The notes: generated by a model not told the origin, from the letters alone. A DNA stretch of 64,000 bases from Candidatus Woesearchaeota archaeon (GCA_964355135.1 CAYHCG010000008.1:423-64422); one strand, 5' to 3'; numbered from the stretch's first letter, positions 36,818-46,590 are shown. Numbers and translations: made by a program.

Positions 36818-39800
36818 ATGTTGAAGAAAAGGGTTATTTTACTATTGCCGGCGATCCTAATATTAATTTTCTTGCAACTCAGCTTCTCCTCCGCTTTGCT
36901 GGCTAATTTTACTAATGTTACTGGCAGTATAGAAAGATCGTTGAGTACAATCTCATCAACAAACATTATAAATTTTACAATTGGGGCAATTAGTGAAAAC
37001 ATTACGGAAATAAAATTTATTTTAACTGGAAGCCAAAATACAGACCCCGATAAATTTGTTATAGATTCTAACGGCACCAACGCTCCATCCGTGGCATTTT
37101 CTAATGTCTCAATAACAAATGCTAGTATGCCTGGAGGATCATTTACATTAATACTGACTTTCACAAACAATTCCGGAGCAGGTATAATTCCCAATGGGAC
37201 CACTAGAAATTTCTGGTTCAATATTAATTCTAGGAGTACAACTTCTTCTTTAATAAGCGTTTTAGTTAACGCTACGGGAGTTTCAAATACCATTAATCAG
37301 TCGAGTGGAGGCAATAGTATGAGTTTTCCATTTAGCTTTAGATTTAGCGGATATGTTAAAAATGAAAGTGGAGGTTTACAGAATGCAACAAATATTACTA
37401 TGTATCAGTTCACAAACGTCCCGATGGGCCCCCCAATTGAAACGCCGGTTTCTTCTGTTTTGAGCAATGAAAACGGCTCATTCACGTTTACAGGCCTAAG
37501 TTCTTCTGGAGGAATCATGTACACTATGAAAATGATTTATTACAATGCGTCTGGGGTAGCAACAAAAATAGGAACTATCTTGCCCCCATTCCCTGCCGAA
37601 ATGTACTATCCTCAATCTTTTAGCGGAGGCGGTGAACCTGCATATGAGTTCATGAAACCTCCAAGTTTGAACGGCTCAACATTCTATTTGGGGCCTGCGG
37701 CGACAATTTATATTAACGCAACTAATGGGACCACCCTCCAGAGATTTGGTTACATGATTATGGATCAAAAAATAGGTCTTCAGATGGAGAGTAATATGTT
37801 TGGGAATGTAAGTAACATGTCTGCAATTGTACCAATTAATAAAAGATATACTGTGATGCTTGTAAGAGCAAATCAGCAATTTGGAATGTATGCTACATGT
37901 GGCGGAAGTTTTATGAATGATACTGCTTGCAACACTCCTCCAAGATCAAATTCGACTATTTATCCTACCGTTGCAGGGCAAATAACTAATGTTCAACTCA
38001 ATCTTGCAATAAACAGGGTGCAGATGTATGGGTGTATTGAAGTTAGTGGAAATTCCAGCCAGATAACAAATATTACTTCTATTCTACCAAAAATGTTGCC
38101 CTGGGAAGGATTTGTACCTCCTATGAGGCCAGACAACCAAGATATTAATTTGTCTAGTACTGCCCAATTAAATTATTCGGACTCGAGATGTTCTGGGAAA
38201 ATTGCATGGTATAATATAAGCCTGCTAAACTCTAATTATCTTGTAGAATTCTATGGGGCGAAGAATGCAAGCACAAGCAACTCTTCAGAGCATGTCGCGG
38301 CATTTCAAAATGTGAGTTATAGTGGGTTAAGCCAAGGAAATAATACTATGCAAAATATTACTCTTAAACCTCTTGCAGGGGCTTTTGTTGCTGAAGGAAA
38401 CGTGAATACTACAAAAATTAGAATAAATATACAAAATTCTACTGGGGGAGCTATTACACAGGATACGCCGCATGTCGACTTGTTTGTAAGAGATACTACA
38501 ACATTTGGCGAATTGACTTATATTATGGACAATCCAACAAATGGAACTTTTTATATTACCCTGCCTGCAAATTCTACTGCAAAAGTTAAGATATTCTCCA
38601 ATAACGCCCCTCCAAAAGAGAAGACATTGAATTTGAGTTTGTCTGAAACAAATGTAACTTTAATAAGTATGACTGGGGGAGATGGAGGATTTAGAAAAAT
38701 TAATTCTAGCGGTGGAATGGAGGCAATGAATATAACTTCTTCAACTTTTGCAATGCAGATGAAATTCATTAAAGCTGGGGGGAATTGTGACGGACTTTAT
38801 CCAGACAATAGTAGTTGTGTATTAACAAGCACTACTGCAAGCGGGTTTAATCCTATGAGTGCGATGGTTGCGGGCACTATAAATATGGAAATGAAAATGA
38901 CTTCGTCTAATACTTCTATAACTTTCTATAACTTTGATATGCTTGCGGCAAAACAACCTCCGATGGAGAGCGTTTTGAATGATCAAAAATCAGGCGGTTC
39001 GGCAAATGCCCCTGAATGGCAATTTGGAAGTTTTGTCCCGGCTGATGTGTATGATTATGCGATAGTTGCAATGCCTTATTCCGATACAAACATAAACGAC
39101 TCTGCACAAATAAATATTTCTATGTCTAATTTGTATGATGAAAACTGGAATGTCGTTTGGAACTCTTCTAGAGGAGATACTGCGGCAAATTTCACAAATA
39201 ATGTTGATGAATATTTAGGAAATTCTAACAATAGATCTTATAACTCTACGGGATATAGGAACTTTACAGTTAGTGGAGGGGTTGCCTGTAGCACTAGCGA
39301 TTCAAATTTGAACGGAACAAGCCCGAGCGCTTATTGTTTTATCAATACTTCTTCAAATATCATGTATATGCGAGTGCCTCACTTTTCTGGAGTTGCTCCC
39401 TTGATTACAGCTACTGCCCCGGCGACTGCTGCTGCGGCTTCTGATGACGATGATGATGACGATGATAGCTCGAGCAGTTCTACCGCCGGATATTGGAGCA
39501 GCACCTTTAACTTTGCGGATGAGGAGTTTAGTAAGAAAGAAACAATAATAAAGGAAGTAGGAAAGAAACAAAGAATCAAATTAAAGATAAGTAGTGCAAT
39601 ACATTACGTAGGAGTCATTGACCTCACAAGTACCACAGTTACGATAAATGTTTCTTCTATTCCCCAACAAGCAATTCTAGGGATTGGAGAGGAGAAAAAG
39701 TTTGAGATAGATGAGGATGATTTCTACGATGTTTTAGTTAAACTCAATAATTTTGTTAATGGTCGAGCTAATTTAAGCGTGTCCTATCTACATGAAGAAA

Positions 39801-40048
39801 CTCCAACGCAGCCCTTGCCTCCTGCCGAGAATTCTACCTTGGGTAGCAATGAAACAGCAGCAGATACAAATAATGCAAATTTGGACGGGAACACTGCAGA
39901 GTCGGGAGAAGGCACTAAAAGTAGGAGATGGATTTGGATTTTAATAATTATCGTAATAGTGCTCGCTGCGGGCGGGATAATTGGATATAGATATTTGAAG
40001 AAAGAAAGCTATAAATATCATCGCCACTCGGGTTCTTTTTATGCCTAG
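36818..40048 (+). CDS. Large N-glycosylated surface (S-layer-like) protein
   Basis: Signal peptide, very many N-x-S/T sequons, VPHFS motif, poly-Asp/Ser linker, C-terminal TM. Confidence 0.8.
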   Translation: MLKKRVILLLPAILILIFLQLSFSSALLANFTNVTGSIERSLSTISSTNIINFTIGAISENITEIKFILTGSQNTDPDKFVIDSNGTNAPSVAFSNVSITNASMPGGSFTLILTFTNNSGAGIIPNGTTRNFWFNINSRSTTSSLISVLVNATGVSNTINQSSGGNSMSFPFSFRFSGYVKNESGGLQNATNITMYQFTNVPMGPPIETPVSSVLSNENGSFTFTGLSSSGGIMYTMKMIYYNASGVATKIGTILPPFPAEMYYPQSFSGGGEPAYEFMKPPSLNGSTFYLGPAATIYINATNGTTLQRFGYMIMDQKIGLQMESNMFGNVSNMSAIVPINKRYTVMLVRANQQFGMYATCGGSFMNDTACNTPPRSNSTIYPTVAGQITNVQLNLAINRVQMYGCIEVSGNSSQITNITSILPKMLPWEGFVPPMRPDNQDINLSSTAQLNYSDSRCSGKIAWYNISLLNSNYLVEFYGAKNASTSNSSEHVAAFQNVSYSGLSQGNNTMQNITLKPLAGAFVAEGNVNTTKIRINIQNSTGGAITQDTPHVDLFVRDTTTFGELTYIMDNPTNGTFYITLPANSTAKVKIFSNNAPPKEKTLNLSLSETNVTLISMTGGDGGFRKINSSGGMEAMNITSSTFAMQMKFIKAGGNCDGLYPDNSSCVLTSTTASGFNPMSAMVAGTINMEMKMTSSNTSITFYNFDMLAAKQPPMESVLNDQKSGGSANAPEWQFGSFVPADVYDYAIVAMPYSDTNINDSAQINISMSNLYDENWNVVWNSSRGDTAANFTNNVDEYLGNSNNRSYNSTGYRNFTVSGGVACSTSDSNLNGTSPSAYCFINTSSNIMYMRVPHFSGVAPLITATAPATAAAASDDDDDDDDSSSSSTAGYWSSTFNFADEEFSKKETIIKEVGKKQRIKLKISSAIHYVGVIDLTSTTVTINVSSIPQQAILGIGEEKKFEIDEDDFYDVLVKLNNFVNGRANLSVSYLHEETPTQPLPPAENSTLGSNETAADTNNANLDGNTAESGEGTKSRRWIWILIIIVIVLAAGGIIGYRYLKKESYKYHRHSGSFYA

Positions 40049-40247
40049 AAATAAATCGGGAATTATCGGATTGACAAATATAAGAAATTATGATAGAATC
40101 CCTCCATTATTTTTATTTGTGTTTTTATCTTTTATTCTTTTTTTAGTAGGTCTTCTAATTAAAATAAACCTGCTCTGGCAATTGACAGGATTTTTCCTTT
40201 TTGTTTATGTTGCAGCCATAGTTGTTTGGATAAAAACAAACGTATAG
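40041..40247 (+). CDS. Small membrane protein
   Basis: Two hydrophobic segments; overlaps the upstream stop. Confidence 0.5.
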   Translation: MPRNKSGIIGLTNIRNYDRIPPLFLFVFLSFILFLVGLLIKINLLWQLTGFFLFVYVAAIVVWIKTNV

Positions 40248-40285
40248 TCCGCTAAATTTAAATACTAAATAAGGCATTATTAAAT

Positions 40286-40711
40286 ATGGTTTTAGAAAAT
40301 ATCGATGTAAACTATTTCGCAATTCTTATTGCCGCTATTGCTTCTATGATTATCGGAGGACTGTGGTATTCTCCTATTTTGTTTGGAAACATCTGGATAA
40401 AACTTTCAGGATTCACTAATAAAGAAAAGGACAAAGCCAAACAAAGGGGAATGGCAAAATTTTACATTATAGCCCTTATTGGTTCTTTAGTAACTTCCTT
40501 TGTTTTAGCGCATTTTGTTAAATATATGGGAATTACCAGTATAGGCGGAGCATTACAACTAGCATTCTGGATTTGGGTAGGTTTTATTGCTACGGTAATG
40601 CTAGGAACAGTAATCTGGGAAGGAAAACCTGTAAAGTTATATTTGATTAACGCCGTTTATCAACTAGTCTCTTTCTCAGTTGCAGCTGTAATTCTTACCC
40701 TCTGGGCTTAA
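40286..40711 (+). CDS. DUF1761-family membrane protein
   Basis: N..AI..AAIASM.IG.LWYSP.LFG..W motif. Confidence 0.85.
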   Translation: MVLENIDVNYFAILIAAIASMIIGGLWYSPILFGNIWIKLSGFTNKEKDKAKQRGMAKFYIIALIGSLVTSFVLAHFVKYMGITSIGGALQLAFWIWVGFIATVMLGTVIWEGKPVKLYLINAVYQLVSFSVAAVILTLWA

Positions 40712-40713
40712 AG

Positions 40714-41343
40714 ATGTTTAGTAAAGAAGAGCTAAAGATAATAGAAAAATTGAATACTCCTAAGAAGATTCAAGATTTCTTGAATGCTTTGAAAACAAAT
40801 TTTGAAGAAATGGGAGATACTTGCATGTCTCCACGCAAAGTTCTGCGAGAAAGAAAAGCGCATTGTGTTGAAGGGGCCGTTTTTGCTGCTGCTGTGCTAA
40901 ATGTGCACGGATTCAAACCTTTAATTGTGGATTTAGAATCAAATAATAAAGATTTCGATCATGTAATTGCGGTTTTTAAGAGAGGATCACACTGGGGAGC
41001 ACTCAGCAAAACCAATCACGCAATTTTACGTTATCGAGAACCAATTTATAGCTCGATAAGAGAACTTGTTATGTCCTATTTTCATGAATATTTTTTAGAT
41101 AATGGTGTAAAAACACTAAGAAAATACAGTTTGCCTGTAGATTTATCTAAGTTCGATAATAAAGATTGGATGACTAGCGAAGAAGACATCTGGTATATTC
41201 CAGAGCACTTATTAGAAGTTAAGCATTTTGACATACTTAATAAATCGCAGATAAAATATTTAAGAAATGCTGATTCTCTTGAAATTAAAGCAGGAAAACT
41301 AGTTGAACAAAAATCAAAGAAAAAGGATGTTTGGAAAGGATAA
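40714..41343 (+). CDS. Conserved protein with a possible transglutaminase-like Cys/His site
   Basis: SPR.V.....AHCVEGA, DHVIA, WGA.SKTNH..LRYREPIY motifs. Confidence 0.65.
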   Translation: MFSKEELKIIEKLNTPKKIQDFLNALKTNFEEMGDTCMSPRKVLRERKAHCVEGAVFAAAVLNVHGFKPLIVDLESNNKDFDHVIAVFKRGSHWGALSKTNHAILRYREPIYSSIRELVMSYFHEYFLDNGVKTLRKYSLPVDLSKFDNKDWMTSEEDIWYIPEHLLEVKHFDILNKSQIKYLRNADSLEIKAGKLVEQKSKKKDVWKG

Positions 41344-41382
41344 CTTTGCAAAGTTTAAATATAGTTAATTCCTAAGAAATAA

Positions 41383-41697
41383 ATGGGCAAAGGTAATGGA
41401 TTATTGATTGCAGGGGCAGTGTTATTAATAATAGGATTTTTCCTTATTTTGGCTTCTGTATTCTCCTTTTATGGTGGTGCGATGATGGGCGGAAGTGTTG
41501 GAATGATAATAACTTTTCCTCTACTTTTCATAGGCGCTGTTCTAATAATTGCAGGCATTGCAAAAAAAGTTTATTCCAATATTGATAAATTGGGAGAGGG
41601 TTTAGCTAAGAAAACAGCAAAGTCAACTGAAATGAGATATGAATCTCTTGGTAAAGGATTGGGTAAAGGTCTGAAAAAAGGACTCTTTACAAATTAG
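41383..41697 (+). CDS. Hypothetical membrane protein
   Basis: Two TMs and a G-K-G-L repeat tail. Confidence 0.6.
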   Translation: MGKGNGLLIAGAVLLIIGFFLILASVFSFYGGAMMGGSVGMIITFPLLFIGAVLIIAGIAKKVYSNIDKLGEGLAKKTAKSTEMRYESLGKGLGKGLKKGLFTN

Positions 41698-41731
41698 GGG
41701 CTGTTTGGACAGCTGTTTAAAACAGCCGTTT
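41697..41731. repeat. CTGTTT-RR-ACAG(C/G)TGTTT motif cluster between convergent genes
   Basis: 41701-41718 CTGTTTGGACAGCTGTTT is the exact reverse complement of 49855-49872. Confidence 0.75.
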
Positions 41732-41735
41732 ATAT

Positions 41736-42473
41736 TTAAGCAGGGCATTCGCCTTGAGTATAATATAGAACATCCTCGTTTGAACATCCAACACAACTAT
41801 TTGAATAAGTTTGAGCACATGGATAACGTATGCATTGTATCTTTTCAGGATTAAACCAACCGCACACAGGTTGATAAATAGCGATGCAGGCTTGTGCGTT
41901 TCTGTTTTCTGCAGCACAGTAGATTCTTTCTTCATTTTCTCCGCCTTGTCCTGAAATTAGAGAGATTAAACTGTTAAGATCTTCTTCTGTTTGAACATCA
42001 ATATTTAACCTTCTTCCCGCGTTTTCTATAAGCATTTCAATCCCTTCATCAGTCAAAGTGCCGTCTGCAGAAGTTATTTCATTACTAGTTTTTATGAATT
42101 GAAGATTATTATTTTGGAATTCCCATCTTCCGCCAATTGCTTGAGCATTGTCAAAATCAGCATCAATTAAACCTGGGAAAACACCTTGGTAGAGTGGCGG
42201 ATCGAATCCTTCGATAGGCATGGCTACTGACTTCTCGATTGCTTTCTGTCTAAATAGTTCAACAAGTGAAGAATCAGTTGAAATATCTTCTGTGAAGGTC
42301 TGGCCATTTGCTCTGCATTGTCTTGGATAACTTTCCATAATAGGATATCCTGCCGCAGAACATTCTTCAAAATTAGTTATAATAGCTCGCGCAGGTAGTA
42401 AAAAATAAATGATAATTCCCAATATAATGGCCAAAATAGCTGCGATTGGGATTATTGGAGCCTTATTTTTCAT
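41736..42473 (-). CDS. Membrane-anchored protein with a Kazal-like C-terminal domain
   Basis: NFEEC.AAGYP.MESYPRQC module; C..IY.PVCG....TYSN.C Kazal-like motif. Confidence 0.7.
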   Translation of the reverse strand: MKNKAPIIPIAAILAIILGIIIYFLLPARAIITNFEECSAAGYPIMESYPRQCRANGQTFTEDISTDSSLVELFRQKAIEKSVAMPIEGFDPPLYQGVFPGLIDADFDNAQAIGGRWEFQNNNLQFIKTSNEITSADGTLTDEGIEMLIENAGRRLNIDVQTEEDLNSLISLISGQGGENEERIYCAAENRNAQACIAIYQPVCGWFNPEKIQCIRYPCAQTYSNSCVGCSNEDVLYYTQGECPA

Positions 42474-42574
42474 TAAATTAATAATACAAACTTATATTTA
42501 AACTTCTTGTTGAATTCAATCGAAATTGAAGTAAAAATGCAAACAGTTAAAAAGGATATTTCTTGGTTTATAAA

Positions 42575-43006
42575 ATGATTAAGAAAGGCGACAAATTAAA
42601 AGTAGATTATGAAGGTCGATTTGAAGACGGAGAAGTTTTTGATTCTTCAAGTCATGGCGATCACTCGCATCCTTTAGAATTTACTGTTGGAGAAGGTCAC
42701 GTAATTAAGGGCTTTGACGACGCAGTTATTGGAATGAAAAAAGGAGAGGAGAAAGAATTTGAGATTGAAGCACAAGACGCATACGGCGAAGTAAAAGAAG
42801 AATTAAAGCAAAAAGTGCCTAGAGCAGAATTAGGCGATTTGCCGGAACTAAAAAAAGGAATGGTTTTGATGTTGCAAACGCCTGACGGGCATAAAATGCC
42901 TGTGAATGTTGCAGACGTCGATGCAACGACAGTAACTTTAGATTTAAATCATCCTTTAGCAGGGAAAAAACTTATTTTTAAGATAAAAATTGTTGATATT
43001 GAGTAA
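42575..43006 (+). CDS. slyD: FKBP-type peptidyl-prolyl isomerase (SlyD-like)
   Basis: Y.G..EDGEVFDSS, VIKGFD, AYG, DLNHPLAGK.L.F. Confidence 0.95.
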   Translation: MIKKGDKLKVDYEGRFEDGEVFDSSSHGDHSHPLEFTVGEGHVIKGFDDAVIGMKKGEEKEFEIEAQDAYGEVKEELKQKVPRAELGDLPELKKGMVLMLQTPDGHKMPVNVADVDATTVTLDLNHPLAGKKLIFKIKIVDIE

Positions 43007-43043
43007 AAGAAAGATTTAAATTTCTAATTTTTAACATTTATGT

Positions 43044-43274
43044 ATGAAAATTTTTGAAAAAGAGGCCAAAGACATCTATATCGGGGAAATGATAGAAGGA
43101 GTGAATGAACATCTAAAGAAATACAAAAATAGGAAGATGAGCGTTGTTGATCTAGATGCTCTGTTTAGATAAAGATACAAAAATTTAAGGCATGATTTGA
43201 GCGAGCTGAAAAGAGTTCATATTGATGGCAGTTTTGTATTAATATTTAAGGTTGATTTGGCCCATAATTATTGA
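43044..43274 (+). pseudogene. Degenerate toxin-antitoxin pair (42-aa antitoxin-like ORF + headless RelE/YafQ-like toxin fragment)
   Basis: 43044-43172 MKIFEKE...DLDALFR*; 43173-43274 RYKNLRHDLSELKRVHIDGSFVLIFKVD.. with no start codon. Confidence 0.6.
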
Positions 43275-43298
43275 ATTTTGAATTAACGATTTAATAAA

Positions 43299-43574
43299 TT
43301 AAGGAAAAAGGCCTCTAGAAGAATCTTCATTTTTTCTATAGTCTCTTGAATTTCCTGCTTCGTCCATTTCTGATCCTCTATCGTGCATCGGATTATATAT
43401 TGCGATTATCTCTAAATCATTTCTGCGCCTTTCTTCAACTTTTTCAAGAACATATGCTGTTGCACCTAACATTATTGCCCCGGCTACTAATCCGGGCAGT
43501 ACTTCAGGTAATAATTCAGCCACCATAAATCTTCTGTATCGTGTCCGTGCACTTATTCTTCTTTCATCTAGCAT
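43299..43574 (-). CDS. Hypothetical protein (single TM)
   Basis: ORF with its own BRE/TATA (AAAGTTTATAA) about 25 nt upstream. Confidence 0.6.
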   Translation of the reverse strand: MLDERRISARTRYRRFMVAELLPEVLPGLVAGAIMLGATAYVLEKVEERRRNDLEIIAIYNPMHDRGSEMDEAGNSRDYRKNEDSSRGLFP

Positions 43575-43615
43575 GTTTAAACCAAGGATTGCCCTATTAT
43601 AAACTTTTCTTAGTA

Positions 43616-43671
43616 TTAAACGAACTCTTGTGCTAGGCTCAAACTTGTTAGAGAAAGCTGAAAGGTTTAGC
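43616..43671. repeat. 56-bp boundary element, copy A
   Basis: TTAAACGAACTCTTG...GAGAAAGCTGAAAGGTTTAGC; by hand count 42/56 identical to 47442-47497 and 36/56 to 45691-45746, ungapped. Confidence 0.8.
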
Positions 43672-43712
43672 TTTGGGTAAAGGTTTAAATAAGAAGAAAA
43701 AACTTGATTTTT

Positions 43713-44150
43713 ATGGAAAATGTAAGTAAATATCGACAGTTAAGGGGAGAAGTTGCTGCATTGAGATTTATCAATGAACAAACAGGATATGATTTAGATA
43801 TTAGAAAAACTATAGAAAGAAAATATATATTTGAGAAAATTTTTGATAAAGAAGGATCAATTAACGAGGGAATAGGTATTGGATTAACAATCGCAACTAT
43901 GGGGTTGCCGATGTTGGCAGGTCTTGTTTCCGCGGCAGTCGCTCTAAAAGGATTTGTTTCGCCTAAAGTGTCCGGTTTAGGGGGGGCAGTCCTGGGTTTG
44001 ATTACGGGAGGTTTCCTACATCACTACACTTTAGGGAGATGGGAGAGATCTTATTCAATGGTTAAAAAAGCTAAGGCCTATAAGGGAGTATATGACTCTG
44101 AAGGCATTGAAGGATTGATAGCTAAAGATATGGGATTCGATAAATTCTAA
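43713..44150 (+). CDS. Hypothetical membrane protein
   Basis: Gly-rich hydrophobic hairpin; TTTAAATA box upstream. Confidence 0.65.
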   Translation: MENVSKYRQLRGEVAALRFINEQTGYDLDIRKTIERKYIFEKIFDKEGSINEGIGIGLTIATMGLPMLAGLVSAAVALKGFVSPKVSGLGGAVLGLITGGFLHHYTLGRWERSYSMVKKAKAYKGVYDSEGIEGLIAKDMGFDKF

Positions 44151-44225
44151 ATTTGTAGAGCTTCTAATCAAGTTTTATTAAAAGAATTCAGATTCGTTCG
44201 TTTAATTCGATTTTTAGGCTCTAAA

Positions 44226-44253
44226 ACTTCGGGTAATCAATCTTGTGCGAACT
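44226..44253. other. dif/lox-like 11-6-11 site 1
   Basis: ACTTCGGGTAA-TCAATC-TTGTGCGAACT. Confidence 0.6.
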
Positions 44254-44263
44254 CTTGTTAAAT

Positions 44264-44671
44264 TTAACGTAAAAGATTCTTTCTTTTTGCAAATAATCTC
44301 GAACTTCTGTCCAAATAATAAGGCAAATCTAGTTTTTTTGCCTGTTCGAGTAAAGGAACCAGGTTTGACCCATAAAAGTTTATTTGTCGATCATCTTCAA
44401 ATAGAGTATTTGGACATGTTGGAATCGTGATTAAAACTCCTTTATTTCCATAAAACAATGTGCTTACTATATCGCGGCCCCAAGGACCCGTTTTACGAAG
44501 CGATCCATTTTTAAGTTTATTAATAGCAGATTCATATGCCTCCGTAGTAACATGCCCGTTGAAACCGTAAGGGACATCTGGTAAATCGTGTTCGGGACCT
44601 CTCCAAAATTCTATTTTCGAGCTAGACGGTTTTCTAGGATTAAACATCAATTGGATTACTGGCCTTTTCAT
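44264..44671 (-). CDS. Hypothetical protein
   Basis: Start at 44671 (MKRPVIQ) chosen from the promoter shared with its neighbours. Confidence 0.6.
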   Translation of the reverse strand: MKRPVIQLMFNPRKPSSSKIEFWRGPEHDLPDVPYGFNGHVTTEAYESAINKLKNGSLRKTGPWGRDIVSTLFYGNKGVLITIPTCPNTLFEDDRQINFYGSNLVPLLEQAKKLDLPYYLDRSSRLFAKRKNLLR

Positions 44672-44768
44672 AAAAACCCTACTTTTAATCCATATAAAAA
44701 CCTTTCCCTTTGTTGTTCCCGCAGGAGATAACATATACCGAGCGAACAACGTCGATCTAATAAACTTA

Positions 44769-45071
44769 TTAATTGTGCGAACTCTTGCGATTTTTACCTT
44801 GAGTTTTTTTAGATAATGGGGAAATATTTACTATCCGGTAAGCATCTTTACCAATAGATATAGATTCTACACTTATCCTATCGCCCGATGATATGTTTTG
44901 ATGATCAGTGCCTCGATAATCAATAGATGTTGAACTCCAAGGTACAGAAATAGACAAAATTCTCATTGGTGGACCATCATATACCTGTCCCCCTACAATA
45001 AAGGGATCTATATATGTCTGCCCTACCACCCTACCTTCGTCCGTTCTTCTTTGAGCCGCAGGATAATCCAT
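44769..45071 (-). CDS. Hypothetical protein (possible OB-fold-like beta protein)
   Basis: ORF with its own promoter; GDRISV segment. Confidence 0.55.
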   Translation of the reverse strand: MDYPAAQRRTDEGRVVGQTYIDPFIVGGQVYDGPPMRILSISVPWSSTSIDYRGTDHQNISSGDRISVESISIGKDAYRIVNISPLSKKTQGKNRKSSHN

Positions 45072-45121
45072 GAAAATCCTACTTTTTCCCAGTATAAAAA
45101 CCTATCTTTTTGATACCGAGC

Positions 45122-45144
45122 GCGTTCGGCGCTTCGCGCCTCAC
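45122..45144. repeat. GC-rich hairpin repeat, copy 1 (GGCGC-TTC-GCGCC)
   Basis: GCGTTCGGCGCTTCGCGCCTCAC identical to 46591-46613. Confidence 0.85.
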
Positions 45145-45230
45145 TCTTTAGTGCAGCTAATTTTTTTAATAGGGGCGGAAAAATGTTGTTTTGGAATTTT
45201 GATAGATTAAACGAACTCTTCTGTCCTCAA

Positions 45231-45644
45231 TTATGCGGCAAAGTGAGACATTTTTTCTCGCTGAAGAGCAAGAGATATAGCTCTTTCTCCGACGTAGCTT
45301 GTAGGTATGGGTCCAAATTGTTCAGAAATATGGCCCCTTAATCTTTCGATAGCATTTTTAGTCACCCCATAATCACTAATTTCCTCGGAAAAATAAAGAT
45401 TTATCAAATCGCTAGGTGTTCCGTATAATGTTCTTTCTATAATTTTATCTTTGCAACGCCTCGTCCAATGCCTGAATTTCTGATCTATTTTTAAAGCAAG
45501 ATCTCTTCTCTGTTCTTTTTCTCTCTTATCTAAGTGCGAATATGCTCCTGCTAAGATATCTAGCCCTTCAGTAGTTTCATCCTGGAATGGGAGAAACCTT
45601 GGATTTTCGTCAATATCTTGATCTATAGTTAATTGAAATGTCAT
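45231..45644 (-). CDS. Hypothetical protein
   Basis: 137-aa ORF with its own promoter. Confidence 0.6.
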   Translation of the reverse strand: MTFQLTIDQDIDENPRFLPFQDETTEGLDILAGAYSHLDKREKEQRRDLALKIDQKFRHWTRRCKDKIIERTLYGTPSDLINLYFSEEISDYGVTKNAIERLRGHISEQFGPIPTSYVGERAISLALQREKMSHFAA

Positions 45645-45690
45645 AAAAAGTCCTGCTTGTGACCCTATAAAAAGCTTTGCTTTTTCTCGA

Positions 45691-45746
45691 TTAAACGAGC
45701 TCTTGCCCCTAGATCAAATATTTAAGAGATGCTAAGAAGTTTGAGC
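45691..45746. repeat. 56-bp boundary element, copy B
   Basis: TTAAACGAGCTCTTG...AAGAGATGCTAAGAAGTTTGAGC; right half recurs at 46271-46295. Confidence 0.8.
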
Positions 45747-45750
45747 ATGA

Positions 45751-46002
45751 TTATTTCTTGTAAATTCTTTCTCTATGGCCGATTTCAATAACGTAGATAA
45801 CTAACTGCATATCTTTAATATCTAAAATAATCCTATAATCGTCGACTCTTGCCCTATAATAATTACTGTTATACAAGCGTTTTACAAATTTATGAGGCCT
45901 TATTTTTATTCTTTCTATAGCAGAACCAATCCTATTTCTGATTTCTTGAGGTAGTTGGATTAGTTGATTTTTTGCCTCATTTGTAAAAATAATCTCATAC
46001 AT
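45751..46002 (-). CDS. RelE/ParE-family toxin
   Basis: YEI.FT..A...L..L, KRL.....YR.RV.DYRII, IGHR..IY. Confidence 0.92.
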   Translation of the reverse strand: MYEIIFTNEAKNQLIQLPQEIRNRIGSAIERIKIRPHKFVKRLYNSNYYRARVDDYRIILDIKDMQLVIYVIEIGHRERIYKK

Positions 46003-46219
46003 CGACGTTCAACTCCTTTTTAACGTCTTCCCATTTGTGAATTCTGCCTTTCTTTATGTCCTCTTCGGATTTTGCAATACTCTTTTTAGTTTCTTCACTC
46101 AATTCTTCTCTGTCCCCTATTAAATCCCAAATTAAGTCTTCATAGCTTTCTTTCTCAGAAAGTTTAAGATTTTTAAGCTTGCTTACTAATTCCTTGCTTA
46201 TTTGTATTGTCGTATCCAT
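45995..46219 (-). CDS. Cognate RHH-type antitoxin
   Basis: TTIQIS.EL...L..LK....ESYEDLIW.LI; overlaps the toxin start. Confidence 0.85.
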   Translation of the reverse strand: MDTTIQISKELVSKLKNLKLSEKESYEDLIWDLIGDREELSEETKKSIAKSEEDIKKGRIHKWEDVKKELNVDV

Positions 46220-46242
46220 AGCAATACTATAACTTGCTATGG
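46216..46242. promoter_or_regulatory. TA autoregulatory operator CCATAGCAA-N9-TTGCTATGG
   Basis: Perfect 9-bp inverted repeat between the TATA box and the antitoxin start. Confidence 0.65.
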
Positions 46243-46299
46243 TATTTAAATTTTTCTCTTGTTGAGCGTATTAAGAGAGGCTAAGAAGTTTGAGCATTG

Positions 46300-46542
46300 T
46301 TATTTCCACGATTTGGAAGCCTCTGCCAATATTTCCAAATCTTTTTTAGTCATAGAAATAACATGTTTATCATGAAGATGCCGTAAAATATGCATATCTG
46401 CCTGCGCGTTTCCAAAATCAACTCTCATCGTATTATTATCTAAAGAATATGAACCGACCGAGTATCTTTTGCCATCGGAAGCAAGATATATTCTGCCCTT
46501 GGGTCCATCTTCAGTAAAAATATGATCATATAAAGTTTCCAT
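46300..46542 (-). CDS. Hypothetical protein
   Basis: 80-aa ORF with an upstream TATA-like box. Confidence 0.55.
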   Translation of the reverse strand: METLYDHIFTEDGPKGRIYLASDGKRYSVGSYSLDNNTMRVDFGNAQADMHILRHLHDKHVISMTKKDLEILAEASKSWK

Positions 46543-46590
46543 AATTACGACAGAGAATAAGGGTTTTTAATATTTATTGTGATGTCAGCG

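Noticed and set aside
39443..39466. GAT/GAC trinucleotide run
   Set aside because: It encodes an in-frame poly-Asp linker with mixed codons, ordinary for surface proteins.
45691..45746. 56-bp element as a canonical integron attC
   Set aside because: It has AAC...GTT ends on the minus strand, but the L-box spacing and pairing do not fit, copies A and C fold poorly, and no intI is seen. Kept as a non-canonical element.
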